From NCBI GenBank assembly GCA_965207065.1, contig OZ242260.1:3168001-3232000 (forward strand): a stretch of DNA of 64,000 bases, in the 5' to 3' direction. The notes beneath the pieces were generated by a model. That model made no database searches. It saw nothing but the letters and a program-made list of their open reading frames with translations, and had not been told where the DNA came from. The position numbers and the translations under genes were made by a program. This document shows positions 46,874 through 56,884 of the stretch, one piece after another (positions within the stretch are counted from its first letter, which is position 1; each line of letters starts with the position of its first letter). This DNA is from a bacterium. GTDB lineage: Bacteria > UBA8248.

Positions 46874-47952
46874 AGAACGTACGGGTTCACCTGGGAGAGC
46901 GCTCCTACACGATTCGTATCGGGGCGGACGCGCTCGGTGATATCGGAAAAGTCTGCCTGCGCCATTTCAGGGGCGGGCGGGCACTCGTCGTGACGGACAC
47001 GAACGTTGCGCCGCTCTACGCCGAAAAAACGCTTGCTTTGCTCGAGGCGGCGGGCGTTCAGGCGTCTGTGCTCAGGATTCCGGCGGGCGAGGCGAGCAAG
47101 TCGATGCGGCAGCTGTCCCGCATACTGGACAGGATGGCCTCCATGCGGCTGGACAGGGGCTGCGGCGCCGTGGCCTTGGGCGGCGGCGTGGTGGGCGACA
47201 TCACCGGATTCGCCGCGGCCGTCTTCCTGAGGGGCGTTCCCTACGTTCAGGCGCCGACGACGCTCCTCGCCCAGGTGGACAGCGCGGTGGGCGGCAAGAC
47301 GGCGATCGATCACCGACTCGGGAAGAACCTCGTGGGCGCGTTTCATCAGCCGATAGCGGTGGTGAGCGACACCTCGTCGTTAAAGACGCTGCCCGAGCGG
47401 GAATTCAGGGCGGGGATGGCCGAGGTGGTGAAGCACGCGGCCATTGCGGACGCCCGCCTGTTCGCCTATCTCGGGAAGAACGAGGCGCGGATTCTCGATC
47501 GCGACGAGGACGTGATGGGGCGCATCGTCGCCACGAACTGCCGGATCAAGGCGAGGGTCGTCGAGCAGGACGAGCGAGAGGGCGGCCTGCGCCAGATACT
47601 GAACTTCGGCCACACGCTCGGGCACGCGGTGGAAGCCCTGGCGGGCTATTCGTCCGCACTGCTCCACGGAGAAGCCGTCGCTATCGGCATGTCCGCGGCG
47701 GGCCGGATATCCTGCGCGATGGGCTTCTGCGCGAGCGGGGACGTGGAGCGGCTGACCACCCTGCTCGATCGTTTCGGGCTGCCCACGCGTATGGAGGAGC
47801 CTCCAAAGCTCGCAGTCTTGAAGCGGCTGCTCGCCAGCGACAAGAAAACGCGCCGGGGGAGTCCCCGGTTCGTCCTGATGCGGAAAATCGGCGCGGTGGA
47901 GCCGGGCGTCGAGGTCCCGCCCCGCTTGTGGCGCGGCGCGCTCGCAGGTTAA
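46870..47952 (+). CDS. aroB: 3-dehydroquinate synthase
   Basis: GEASK, LGGGVVGD, PTTLLAQVDSAVGGKT, LNFGHTLGHA, HGEAVAIG; ATGA overlap with pilM. Confidence 0.96.
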   Translation: MKNVRVHLGERSYTIRIGADALGDIGKVCLRHFRGGRALVVTDTNVAPLYAEKTLALLEAAGVQASVLRIPAGEASKSMRQLSRILDRMASMRLDRGCGAVALGGGVVGDITGFAAAVFLRGVPYVQAPTTLLAQVDSAVGGKTAIDHRLGKNLVGAFHQPIAVVSDTSSLKTLPEREFRAGMAEVVKHAAIADARLFAYLGKNEARILDRDEDVMGRIVATNCRIKARVVEQDEREGGLRQILNFGHTLGHAVEALAGYSSALLHGEAVAIGMSAAGRISCAMGFCASGDVERLTTLLDRFGLPTRMEEPPKLAVLKRLLASDKKTRRGSPRFVLMRKIGAVEPGVEVPPRLWRGALAG

Positions 47953-48349
47953 GGGGCTGTTGAGAAAGTCCTGATGAACGAAGTTTCGACTCGTCAGATA
48001 AAAGAGCAAGAATCACTCCCCCCATGAGGGGGTCGGGTTTCCCGAAGGGAATCCCCATAAAAGCAACCCCCCCTACCCCCCTTGTCAGGGGGGCAAGAAA
48101 AAGCAAAGCACCCTCTGCCCGGCGGAGGCTCATCCCGGCGGGGGGACGCCGCCTTTTTATACCCCCCTGACAAGGGGGGTAGGGGGGGTTGCTTCTGACG
48201 AGGAGAGTCGGGGGTTCGTGCGGAAGCGGCCTTTCCGCTAGAGGCGATATCCCCCGACAAGGTCTTTTTCAACCCCTCTCAATCGGGGAGTGAACATCAA
48301 AAGCGTGCGCGCAACCGAAATCGCTCCACTGGACTTTTTCAGCCACCCC
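47953..48349. mobile_element. MITE-like element containing a CCCCCTGACAAGGGGG palindrome
   Basis: Ends GGGGCTGTTGAGAAAGTCC / GGACTTTTTCAGCCACCCC with TTAA on both flanks; internal 48063-48192 is nearly identical to 42068-42185. Confidence 0.6.
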
Positions 48350-48379
48350 GTTAATCACGGGTTCGGCGGCTCCCGTTCA

Positions 48380-48408
48380 TTGACGCCGCCGCCCGTGTTA
48401 TCTACCAT
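48380..48408 (+). promoter_or_regulatory. Putative sigma70 promoter of aroQ-peptidase-efp
   Basis: TTGACG-N17-TACCAT. Confidence 0.6.
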
Positions 48409-48462
48409 TCCTCCCCGGCTTCCATGCGGACTTGATGGAACGCATCTTATTTGAGTGAGCAC

Positions 48463-48960
48463 ATGAGAATACTGCTGTTGAACGGTCCGAATCTCAATCT
48501 GCTGGGTACCCGCGAACCCGAAGTGTACGGCAAGACGACGCTGGCCGAACTAGAGGCGGCTCTCGCCCGGATGGCGGCGGATGGGGGGGCGGAACTCGAG
48601 TGTCTTCAATCCAACGTCGAGGGAGAACTCGTCGATGCGCTCCAGCGCGCGGGGGGCGCGAAACCGCCCCTGAATGACGTGGCCCCCTCGGGCGAATGCG
48701 CCGCCTGCGTCTTCAATCCGGGAGGGTACACCCACACCAGCGTCGCGCTCAGAGACGCGATAGGCGGCCTGGAGTTGCCCGTCTACGAGGTGCACATCTC
48801 AAACGTCATGAAGCGCGAGGATTTCAGGCATCGCTCGATGATAGGGCCCGTAGCGGCGGGAAGCGTCATCGGGTTCGGCCTGGCGGGCTACGCCCTGGCC
48901 TTGCGCGCGGCGATCAATCTCCACGTCAAGGGGCTGACTTTCCCACTGGAAGAAGAATGA
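48463..48960 (+). CDS. aroQ: Type II 3-dehydroquinate dehydratase
   Basis: LNGPNLNLLGTREPEVYG, NPGGYTHTSVALRDA, EVHISN. Confidence 0.96.
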   Translation: MRILLLNGPNLNLLGTREPEVYGKTTLAELEAALARMAADGGAELECLQSNVEGELVDALQRAGGAKPPLNDVAPSGECAACVFNPGGYTHTSVALRDAIGGLELPVYEVHISNVMKREDFRHRSMIGPVAAGSVIGFGLAGYALALRAAINLHVKGLTFPLEEE

Positions 48961-50027
48961 AGCAGCGTCTGAGCGCATTGAGAAAGGCGATGCGGCGCGA
49001 GGGCGTCTCCGCTTTCGCCGTCACGAACAGGAAGAACGTCCACTATCTCACCGGCTTCACCGGCTCGGCCGGGGCCTGCCTGATCTCCGCGAGAAGCGCC
49101 GTCTTCATCACGGACTTCCGCTACCGTTCGCAGGCGGCGAAGCAGGTGCCGCCCGATTTTCGACGCGCCGAACACGCCTCCCCGGTGCAGGGGATAGCAA
49201 AAGAGTTGAAAAAAACGAGGGCGAAAGCGCTCGCCTTCGAGGAGTCGCACGTTGTCCACGGTGTTTTCAGGCAACTACGCAAGTTCATCAAGGGAGTGCG
49301 CCTGAAGCCCGTCTCGGGCCTCGTGGAGGGTTTGCGGCTTTGCAAGGACGCAGGCGAGGTTCGAAAACTGAAACAGGGCGCGCGAGTGAACGGGGAGGCG
49401 CTGAGCGAGATTTCAGCGTCGATCCGCACCGGCCGCGCCGAATCGGACGTCGCGCTCGACCTCGAGACCGCGATGAGGCGAAGGGGCGCTTCCGGCGCCT
49501 CGTTCGATACCATCGTCGCCTCGGGTCCGCGCTCCGCTCTTCCGCACGGCATCGCCTCCTCCAGAAAACTCAAAAAGGGCGACCTCATCACCATCGATTT
49601 CGGCGCCGTGGTGTCGGGCTACCATGCGGATACGACGCGCGTGTTCTCCCTCGGAAAGCCGTCGCCCAAGGCCGAGAAGATATACGAGATCGTCCTGGAA
49701 GCCCAGGTGACGGCGCTCGAGGCCGTGAAGCCCGGCGTCTCCTGCGGGGACGTGGACAAAGCAGCCCGCGACGTCATCGAGGCCCACGGCTATGGCGAGG
49801 CCTTCGGGCACGGTACGGGCCACGGTGTCGGACTCGATATCCACGAAGCCCCCAGGCTCGGTCCCGGCGTGAAGGAGGAACTCAGGCCCGGCATGGTCGT
49901 TACGGTGGAGCCCGGCATCTATCTGCCCCGCTGGGGCGGCGTGAGAATCGAGGATATGGTGCTCGTCACCGAGCGGGGCAAGGAGGTTCTCACCCGTTCG
50001 ATTACAAAGGAACTCGTTGTTTTGTAG
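48957..50027 (+). CDS. Xaa-Pro aminopeptidase (M24 family)
   Basis: [42 protein letters not shown]. Confidence 0.93.
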   Translation: MKQRLSALRKAMRREGVSAFAVTNRKNVHYLTGFTGSAGACLISARSAVFITDFRYRSQAAKQVPPDFRRAEHASPVQGIAKELKKTRAKALAFEESHVVHGVFRQLRKFIKGVRLKPVSGLVEGLRLCKDAGEVRKLKQGARVNGEALSEISASIRTGRAESDVALDLETAMRRRGASGASFDTIVASGPRSALPHGIASSRKLKKGDLITIDFGAVVSGYHADTTRVFSLGKPSPKAEKIYEIVLEAQVTALEAVKPGVSCGDVDKAARDVIEAHGYGEAFGHGTGHGVGLDIHEAPRLGPGVKEELRPGMVVTVEPGIYLPRWGGVRIEDMVLVTERGKEVLTRSITKELVVL

Positions 50028-50059
50028 ACATTTTCATCATCAGGAGGTTTTTTGAACCG

Positions 50060-50626
50060 ATGCCCTCGACAAGTGATTTTCGTAATGGCCTGAAGATTGA
50101 GCTCGATAACGAGCCGTTCATCATCGTGGAGTTCCAGCACGTGAAGCCCGGGAAGGGCGGGGCTTTCGTGCGCACGAAGCTCAAGAATCTGAAAACGGGC
50201 CGCGTTCTGGAAAAGACCTTCCGCTCGGGCGAGTCCGTCGGCGACCCCGGGGTCGAGCAGAAACAGATGCAGTATCTCTACCGCGACGGCGACATCTTTT
50301 ATTTCATGGACACGCAAACCTACGATCAGACGGGCCTTGGGGAGGAAAAACTCGGGCACAGCGTCAAGCTCCTGCGCGAGGAGACGATAGTGGACATCCT
50401 CTTCCACAAGGGCGACGCGATTTCGGTCGAAATGCCCACTTTTGTGGAATTGGCCATCAAGAAGACCGAACCCGGCGTGCGGGGCGATACGGCGACGGGC
50501 GCGACCAAACAGGCGGAGCTGGAGACAGGCGCTACGGTCACCGTTCCCTTGTTCCTGAACGAAGGAGACGTGCTCAAAATCGACACGCGCACGGGGGAAT
50601 ACATCGAACGCGTGAGGACGGCCTAG
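50060..50626 (+). CDS. efp: Elongation factor P
   Basis: HVKPGKGGAFVRTKLKN, PGVRGDTA, VPLF, IDTRTGEY. Confidence 0.97.
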   Translation: MPSTSDFRNGLKIELDNEPFIIVEFQHVKPGKGGAFVRTKLKNLKTGRVLEKTFRSGESVGDPGVEQKQMQYLYRDGDIFYFMDTQTYDQTGLGEEKLGHSVKLLREETIVDILFHKGDAISVEMPTFVELAIKKTEPGVRGDTATGATKQAELETGATVTVPLFLNEGDVLKIDTRTGEYIERVRTA

Positions 50627-50815
50627 CGTCCATCCCACCTGAGAAAAAATATTGAAAGTTGCTTGTTCATGGCGTATTGTATCCATGAGCGAGGTATACG
50701 GTTTCCGAAAAAATCACGAGTGCTGCGAGGGGCGTCACGTGTTGCGTGAAGTCCCCTTGATATCTACGTGAAACCCTTGATTCTATTTCATCCAGCTCCC
50801 TGAAGGAGACACGTC

Positions 50816-51940
50816 ATGCGCGACAAGCTGTTTACCGTCCTGACCATTCTCGCAGCCGCCGCCTTCCTGGGTACGGCTGCGCACGCCGCGACGCTCAAGC
50901 TCGGCGTAGCCGGTCCGCTCACCGGCGATCAGGCGGCGTTCGGCGAGATGCTGAAAAACGGCGCTACGCTCGCAGTCGAGGAATGGAACGCCAAGGGCGG
51001 CGTGAAAGTCGGTAAAAAGAAGATGAAGGTGGATATCCTCTGGGGCGACGATCGCCACGACCCGCGGGAAGGGGTGTCGATCGCGCACAAGTTCGTGAAC
51101 TCGGGCGCCGCCGGCATCGTCGGCCATTTCAACAGTTCGGTCTCCATCCCTGCCTCCACCGTGTATGCGGAGGCGGGCGTCGTCCAGATCACGCCGGCGT
51201 CCACGAACCCCAAGCTCACCGAGCAGGGCTTCTCGACGGTGTTCCGCGTCTGCGGGCGCGACGATCAGCAAGGAGAAGTCGCGGCGAACTACATCGTGGA
51301 CAAGCTGAAGTTGAAGCGCATCGCCATCCTCCACGACAAGACCACCTACGGCCAGGGACTGGCCGATGAGACGAAGCGTTTCCTGGAGAAAAGAGGCGTC
51401 AAGCCCGTCTTCTACAGCGGGGTCGTGCAGGGGGATAAGGACTACACGCCCGTGCTCACGGCCGCCAAGCAGAAAAACCCCGAACTCGTCTATTTCGGCG
51501 GCATCCACCCGGAGGCCATCCTTCTGGTCAAGCAGATGCGCGAGCGCCTCGGCATGAAGGCGCACTTCATGAGCGGCGACGGCATCGTCACGGACGAGTA
51601 CTACAAGATCGCCGGCAAATCCGCCGAGGGCACCTATATCACGTTCACGCCGGATCAGACGAAACTCGCGGCGGCCCAGAACGTCATCAAGAATCACCGC
51701 AAGCGTTTCGGAAAGGAAGTGGGCGCCTACACCATCTACAGCTATGTGGCCGCGAACATGATCCTGAGCGCCATCCAGGCCACGGGCAGCACCAATGGGT
51801 CCAAGCTGGCCGCCCATCTGCGCAGCAAGCCCTGGAACACCTCTTTGGGCAAACTCCAGTTCAACAAGAAAGGAGACGTCCTGGAGAGCCCCTACGTACT
51901 CTGGCAGGTGAAGGGGTCGAAATTCGTAGAGATCAAATAG
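50816..51940 (+). CDS. livK: Branched-chain amino acid ABC transporter substrate-binding protein
   Basis: Signal peptide; GPLTG, VGHFNS, TPASTNPKLT, GRDDQQG, HDKTTYGQGLA. Confidence 0.9.
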   Translation: MRDKLFTVLTILAAAAFLGTAAHAATLKLGVAGPLTGDQAAFGEMLKNGATLAVEEWNAKGGVKVGKKKMKVDILWGDDRHDPREGVSIAHKFVNSGAAGIVGHFNSSVSIPASTVYAEAGVVQITPASTNPKLTEQGFSTVFRVCGRDDQQGEVAANYIVDKLKLKRIAILHDKTTYGQGLADETKRFLEKRGVKPVFYSGVVQGDKDYTPVLTAAKQKNPELVYFGGIHPEAILLVKQMRERLGMKAHFMSGDGIVTDEYYKIAGKSAEGTYITFTPDQTKLAAAQNVIKNHRKRFGKEVGAYTIYSYVAANMILSAIQATGSTNGSKLAAHLRSKPWNTSLGKLQFNKKGDVLESPYVLWQVKGSKFVEIK

Positions 51941-51967
51941 GGCGCACGTCGCCATGTTGAATCGCGG

Positions 51968-51998
51968 GAGGGGAGGCGAAAGCCTCCCCTTCTTTTTT
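51968..51998 (+). terminator. Rho-independent terminator after livK
   Basis: GGGGAGGC-GAAA-GCCTCCCC stem followed by a T-tract. Confidence 0.85.
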
Positions 51999-52025
51999 GT
52001 CTAATTATCATGTAAAGATTTCTCT

Positions 52026-52934
52026 ATGTTTGCGCAACAGCTGGTGAACGGCCTCGTCGTCGGCGCGGTTTACGCACTCATCGCCCTGGGCTATACCCTC
52101 GTCTACGGCATTCTGCAGCTCATCAATTTCGCCCACGGCGAAATCTACATGATAGGCGCGTACGTGGGCATCGCCGTCCTTGCTGTGCTGGGGACCATGG
52201 GCCTCACGCAGACGAGCCTGGCGCTGAGCATCGTTCTCGTCTTTCTCATCCCGATGATCTACTGCGCCGCATACGGAATCACTTTGGAGCGCGTCGCCTA
52301 CCGCCCGCTGCGCAATGCGCCGAGGCTCTCCCCGCTCATCAGCGCGATAGGCATGAGCCTCTTTCTCCAGAACTACGTTCAAGTCGTCCAGGGAGCGCGC
52401 GACAAGGCGTTTCCCAACCTGCTCGAACTCGGGAGTTTCCAGCTTTTCGGCGCTTACGTGAACGGGCTTCAGATCTTCATCCTGGTTCTGGCCCTGGGTC
52501 TCATGGCGGCGCTCCAGCTTTTCATCAAGAAGACGAAGCTCGGCAAGGCCATGCGCGCCACCGCCCAGGACAGGACGATGGCCTCGCTCGTCGGCGTGAA
52601 CGTGAACCGGGTGATCGCGGTCACTTTCGCCATCGGCTCCGTGCTGGCCGCCGTAGCTGGCGTGATGGTGGGCATGTACTACGGAATCGTGAACCACCAC
52701 ATCGGCTTCGTCGCGGGTATGAAGGCGTTCACCGCCGCCGTGCTGGGCGGTATCGGCAACGTGACGGGAGCGTTCCTGGGAGGCTTCCTGCTGGCGCTTC
52801 TCGAGAGTTTCTGGGCGGGGTACGTCTCCGCGGTCTATAAGGATGTCTTCGCGTTCATGGTGCTGGTCGTCGTCCTCATCTTCCGGCCCGAGGGAATCCT
52901 GGGCGGCTCGGGCGGCGAGGCGGACAGGACATGA
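52026..52934 (+). CDS. livH: Branched-chain amino acid ABC permease
   Basis: ALGYTLVYGILQLINFAHGE, KAFTAAVLGGIG. Confidence 0.93.
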   Translation: MFAQQLVNGLVVGAVYALIALGYTLVYGILQLINFAHGEIYMIGAYVGIAVLAVLGTMGLTQTSLALSIVLVFLIPMIYCAAYGITLERVAYRPLRNAPRLSPLISAIGMSLFLQNYVQVVQGARDKAFPNLLELGSFQLFGAYVNGLQIFILVLALGLMAALQLFIKKTKLGKAMRATAQDRTMASLVGVNVNRVIAVTFAIGSVLAAVAGVMVGMYYGIVNHHIGFVAGMKAFTAAVLGGIGNVTGAFLGGFLLALLESFWAGYVSAVYKDVFAFMVLVVVLIFRPEGILGGSGGEADRT

Positions 52935-54112
52935 GCACATACGCGAGAGTCCCGCTCATCGGTCTTTGGTTCGCCTTTCTGGCGCTGCCTCTCGCGGGAT
53001 GGAAGAACAGCCTCTGGATAGGGCTGGGCTGCGCCGCCGTCGTCTTCGTGGTGAGCGCGGCGCGGGCGAGCGCGCAATCAGGCGCTCTGGCGGGGCCGGC
53101 GCAGCACATCAAGACCGGGTTCGCATCCGCATGGGGTTTCATCGAGGAGAAATCCTACGACAAGCGTTACCTTAGCCTGTTCCTGCTCCTCATTATCGCG
53201 CTGCCCTGGACGCTCGATCGCTATTCCACCGACGTGCTCGTCATCACCGGTATCTACGTCATGCTCGCCCTGGGGCTCAACGTGGTGGTCGGCTTCGCCG
53301 GCCTCCTGGACCTGGGCTACGTGGCCTTCTACGCCGTGGGGGCGTATTCCTACGCTCTTCTGAACAGCTGGTACGGGCTTTCCTTCTGGCCGGCTTTGGG
53401 TGTTGGCGTGGCCAGTTCCGCCCTGTTCGGGATCATTCTGGGAATCCCCGTCCTGCGGCTCCGGGGCGATTATCTCGCCATTGTCACGCTCGGTTTCGGC
53501 GAGATCATCCGTCTCGTTCTCAACAACTGGGACAACGTGACGCAGGGTCCGAACGGCATCCTGGGCATCGGGCGCCCCTATCTGGGCGAGATGCGCCTCT
53601 ACAAGCCCATGCACTTCTACTACCTCGTTGTCATCTTGTGTATCGTCACCATCTTCATCGTGAACCGGCTCGACAAGAGCCGCCTGGGCCGCGCCTGGGC
53701 GGCCATGCGCGAGGACGAGACGGTGGCCGAGTGCATGGGCGTCAACATCGTCTACACGAAACTTTCCGCCTTCGCCTTCGGAGCCGCCTGGGCGGGGTTC
53801 GGGGGCGTTGTCTTCTCCGCGAAGCAGACGTTCATCTCGCCGGAGAGTTTCACGTTTTTCGAATCCGTCATCATCTTGTGCATGGTGGTGCTGGGCGGCA
53901 TGGCGAGCATCCCGGGCGTGATGCTCGGTGCGTTCATCCTCACCGTGCTGCCCGAGGTTCTCAGAGAACTCACGCTTTTCCGGCCCATGCTCCTGGGCGG
54001 CGCCATGGTGCTCATGATGGTGCTGCGGCCCCAGGGACTGCTCCAGGCAAAGGGCCAGCGCCACCATCTCGAGCGCGATGAACCTGAAAGCAAGACAGGG
54101 GCGGGGCGATGA
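52931..54112 (+). CDS. livM: Branched-chain amino acid ABC permease
   Basis: GLNVVVGFAGLLDLGYVAFYAVGAY, LRLRGDYLAIVTLGFGEI. Confidence 0.93.
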   Translation: MSTYARVPLIGLWFAFLALPLAGWKNSLWIGLGCAAVVFVVSAARASAQSGALAGPAQHIKTGFASAWGFIEEKSYDKRYLSLFLLLIIALPWTLDRYSTDVLVITGIYVMLALGLNVVVGFAGLLDLGYVAFYAVGAYSYALLNSWYGLSFWPALGVGVASSALFGIILGIPVLRLRGDYLAIVTLGFGEIIRLVLNNWDNVTQGPNGILGIGRPYLGEMRLYKPMHFYYLVVILCIVTIFIVNRLDKSRLGRAWAAMREDETVAECMGVNIVYTKLSAFAFGAAWAGFGGVVFSAKQTFISPESFTFFESVIILCMVVLGGMASIPGVMLGAFILTVLPEVLRELTLFRPMLLGGAMVLMMVLRPQGLLQAKGQRHHLERDEPESKTGAGR

Positions 54113-54885
54113 AACCAATCGTGCGTCTTTTGATGCTGAAAAAACTCACGCGGCGCTTCGGCGGCGTGGTGGCGCTCGACTCTCTGGACCTGAACGTGCA
54201 CGAGGGCGAGGTGTTAGGCCTCATCGGCCCGAACGGCGCGGGCAAGACGACGGCCTTCAATGTGGTGACGGGCCTTTACGCGCCCACCGAGGGCGACGTC
54301 ATCTTCAAGGGGAAAAACCTCGTGGGGCTCAAGCCCAGCGCCGTTACGAGCCGGGGCATCGCGCGCACGTTCCAGAACATCCGCCTGTTCCGGGGGATGA
54401 CGGTGCTGGAAAACGTCCTCGTGGGACGCCACTGCAAGATGTGCACCGGCCCGGTCGGCGCGATTTTCAGGCTCCCCGGCATGGTGGCGGAGGAGCGCCG
54501 GGCGGTAGACGAGGCCATGGAACTGCTCGAGTTCACGGGCATCGCCGCCTATGCCTCGGGTATGGCGGAGGCGCTCTCCTACGGGGATCAGAGGAGGCTC
54601 GAGATTGCGCGCGCCCTGGCGAGCGAACCCAGCCTGCTGCTGCTCGACGAGCCCGCCGCGGGCATGAACCCGAGAGAGAAAAGCGTGCTCAACGAACTGA
54701 TACTGGCGATCCGTGATCGCGGCGTCACTATCTTGCTGATCGAGCACGACATGAAGGTGGTCATGGGCATCTCCGACCGCGTGGTCGTCCTCGATCACGG
54801 GGAGAAGATAGCGGACGGGACCCCCGCCGAGGTGCGGCGCGACCCCAAGGTGCTGGAAGCCTATCTGGGGACGTCCCATGCTTGA
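54109..54885 (+). CDS. livG: Branched-chain amino acid ABC ATPase
   Basis: GPNGAGKT, ARTFQNIRLF, LLLDEPAAG, LIEHDM. Confidence 0.93.
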   Translation: MKPIVRLLMLKKLTRRFGGVVALDSLDLNVHEGEVLGLIGPNGAGKTTAFNVVTGLYAPTEGDVIFKGKNLVGLKPSAVTSRGIARTFQNIRLFRGMTVLENVLVGRHCKMCTGPVGAIFRLPGMVAEERRAVDEAMELLEFTGIAAYASGMAEALSYGDQRRLEIARALASEPSLLLLDEPAAGMNPREKSVLNELILAIRDRGVTILLIEHDMKVVMGISDRVVVLDHGEKIADGTPAEVRRDPKVLEAYLGTSHA

Positions 54886-55582
54886 ACTGAGGGATGTCCA
54901 TTTCTACTACGGACAAATCCATGCGCTGCAGGGCGTGTCGCTGGAGGTGCGCTCGGGGCAGGTCGTCTGCCTCATCGGCAGCAACGGAGCGGGCAAATCC
55001 TCCACCTTGATGGCGATCAGCGGCGTCAACGCCGTCTCCCGGGGCGAGATACTGCTCGAGGGCGAAGCCATCCACGCGCAGGAGCCGGACGACATCGTGA
55101 GGCGCGGCATCTGCCAGGTGCCCGAGGGCAGGCGCATCTTCCCGCACCTGACCGTGCTCGAAAACCTGGAGATGGGCGCTTTTCTGAGAAACGACGCCGG
55201 AGGCGTCAAGGACGACCTCGATTACGTCTGCTCCCTGTTTCCCGTGCTCCACGAGCGGCGCGCCCAGCGGGGCGGGACGCTCTCGGGCGGGGAGCAGCAG
55301 ATGCTGGCCATCGCCCGCGCGCTGATGTCAAAGCCCAGGCTCCTCCTGCTCGATGAACCCTCGCTCGGCCTCGCGCCCCGGATCATCGAGACCATCTTCG
55401 GGGTCCTGGCGAGAATCCGCGATGAGGGGACGGGCATTTTCCTCGTCGAGCAGAACGCGCACCTGGCGCTCAATTTCTCGGACTGGGCCTACGTGATGGA
55501 GACGGGGCGGATCATCATGGGTGATGAACCCGCCGTTCTGCGTGATTCACCCGCCGTCCGCGAAGCCTATCTGGGCGAATAG
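54878..55582 (+). CDS. livF: Branched-chain amino acid ABC ATPase
   Basis: GSNGAGKS, VPEGRRIF, LSGGEQQM, DEPSLGLAP. Confidence 0.93.
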   Translation: MLELRDVHFYYGQIHALQGVSLEVRSGQVVCLIGSNGAGKSSTLMAISGVNAVSRGEILLEGEAIHAQEPDDIVRRGICQVPEGRRIFPHLTVLENLEMGAFLRNDAGGVKDDLDYVCSLFPVLHERRAQRGGTLSGGEQQMLAIARALMSKPRLLLLDEPSLGLAPRIIETIFGVLARIRDEGTGIFLVEQNAHLALNFSDWAYVMETGRIIMGDEPAVLRDSPAVREAYLGE

Positions 55583-55775
55583 GGAGGCTTTTTTCGCCGT
55601 TCGGGTTTTATGAAAAAATCCTGATTTCGTGATTGGGCGAATGGAACCAACCGGGGAAGGAGACTGCACTCCCAGTAGTAGAGCACTCAACAACAACTCC
55701 CCCCTTGAAGGTCGGGCATCCCGAGGGAAATGCCCGATGAAAAAGCCCATATAGAGAGCCTGCAAGTAGATGGGT

Positions 55776-56165
55776 TGTAGGGACAGGCCCCCGTGCCTGT
55801 CCGAGGTTAGTTCGATGCCCCCGCGCTTTTCCCTGCGAAGCGCAACCACGGGGATGGATATATCCGATACGGGCGGTCACGGAGGGCAGGGCGGCCACAG
55901 GGGGCCGCCCCTACGGGTGAATGCGGTTTTTGATCGTCATTCCGGTGTCGGTGCCGATTGATGAATGAGGGTTCGACGAAATCCAGGGACTTTGCTTTTG
56001 TAATTGACTTTCCGCTTTATCGTTTTTCTTGGGCGTCCTGAGATTCGGTAACTCCGTCTGCTCTGGATTCCGGCATTCGCCGGAATGACGGTGAAAACTC
56101 TCAAATGGGAGCAAGAACACCTTAGGGGGCTTTTTCAATAGCCCCTTCCGCAAAGCCTGTCCGGG
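55776..56165. repeat. Composite intergenic repeat cluster (GTAG REP, GTCATTCCGG palindrome, MITE-like end)
   Basis: Units similar to 38581-38720, 42251-42392 and the GGGGCT...TTGAAAAA terminal repeat. Confidence 0.65.
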
Positions 56166-56259
56166 CGAAAAAAGCCCGCTCGTCCTTGCCCGCCCGCCCG
56201 CTTCGGCCTAAACTTCGGGGCGTATCCCTTTTCCACAACCATTCGGGAGGAAAGTTTGC

Positions 56260-56874
56260 ATGATCTACGAAATGCGCACTTATCGGTTGACCGTCGGCGG
56301 TGTGGCCGAGTTCGAGGAGAATTTCGCTAAAGTCATCGACAAGAGGAACGAGGTTTCTCCGATTATGGGATTCTTCCATACCGAGGTCGGGGACCTGAAC
56401 CGCATCAGGCACATCTGGCAGTACGAGAGCATGGACCACCGCGCCGAGGTGCGGGCGAAGACGATGAGCCAGGACTGGTGGCCGCCGCCCAACGGGCATC
56501 TCATTCTCGAGCAGGAGAGCAAGGTGATGACGGCTCCCCCGTTCCGGCCCGAACCGCGGCTGGGGGCGTATGGCAGCGTATATGAGTTCAGAACCTACAC
56601 CGTGCAGCCCGGCAAGACGGGAGAAGTCCTGAGCCGCTGGACCGAGCACATCGCGGCGCGGGAAGAGCTCTCCCCGCTGGCGGCGCTCTTCATGACCGAT
56701 GTGGGGCCGCTCAACGAGTGGATCCACGTCTGGGCGTATGAGGACATGAACCATCGCGCCGAGATTCGCCAGAAAGCGCATGAACTGCCGAACTGGCCTC
56801 CGGGCTCGCGTCCGTTCCTGGACACGCAGAATTCAGAAATCTGGATGCCCTCTTCCTTCTCGCCCATGCACTAG
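56260..56874 (+). CDS. NIPSNAP-family protein (two domains)
   Basis: Duplicated YE.RTY...G.LN...H.W.YE.M.HRAE.R motif. Confidence 0.9.
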   Translation: MIYEMRTYRLTVGGVAEFEENFAKVIDKRNEVSPIMGFFHTEVGDLNRIRHIWQYESMDHRAEVRAKTMSQDWWPPPNGHLILEQESKVMTAPPFRPEPRLGAYGSVYEFRTYTVQPGKTGEVLSRWTEHIAAREELSPLAALFMTDVGPLNEWIHVWAYEDMNHRAEIRQKAHELPNWPPGSRPFLDTQNSEIWMPSSFSPMH

Positions 56875-56884
56875 GCGAGCATCG

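Noticed and set aside
50671-50685. GCGTATTGT resembling the R388 nic site
   Set aside because: It lies in the core efp-livK intergenic region far from tra and is more plausibly part of a promoter.
55600-55770. Riboswitch or ncRNA after livF
   Set aside because: There is a hairpin (TCGGGCAT...ATGCCCGA) but no family consensus I recognise; an Rfam search would be needed.
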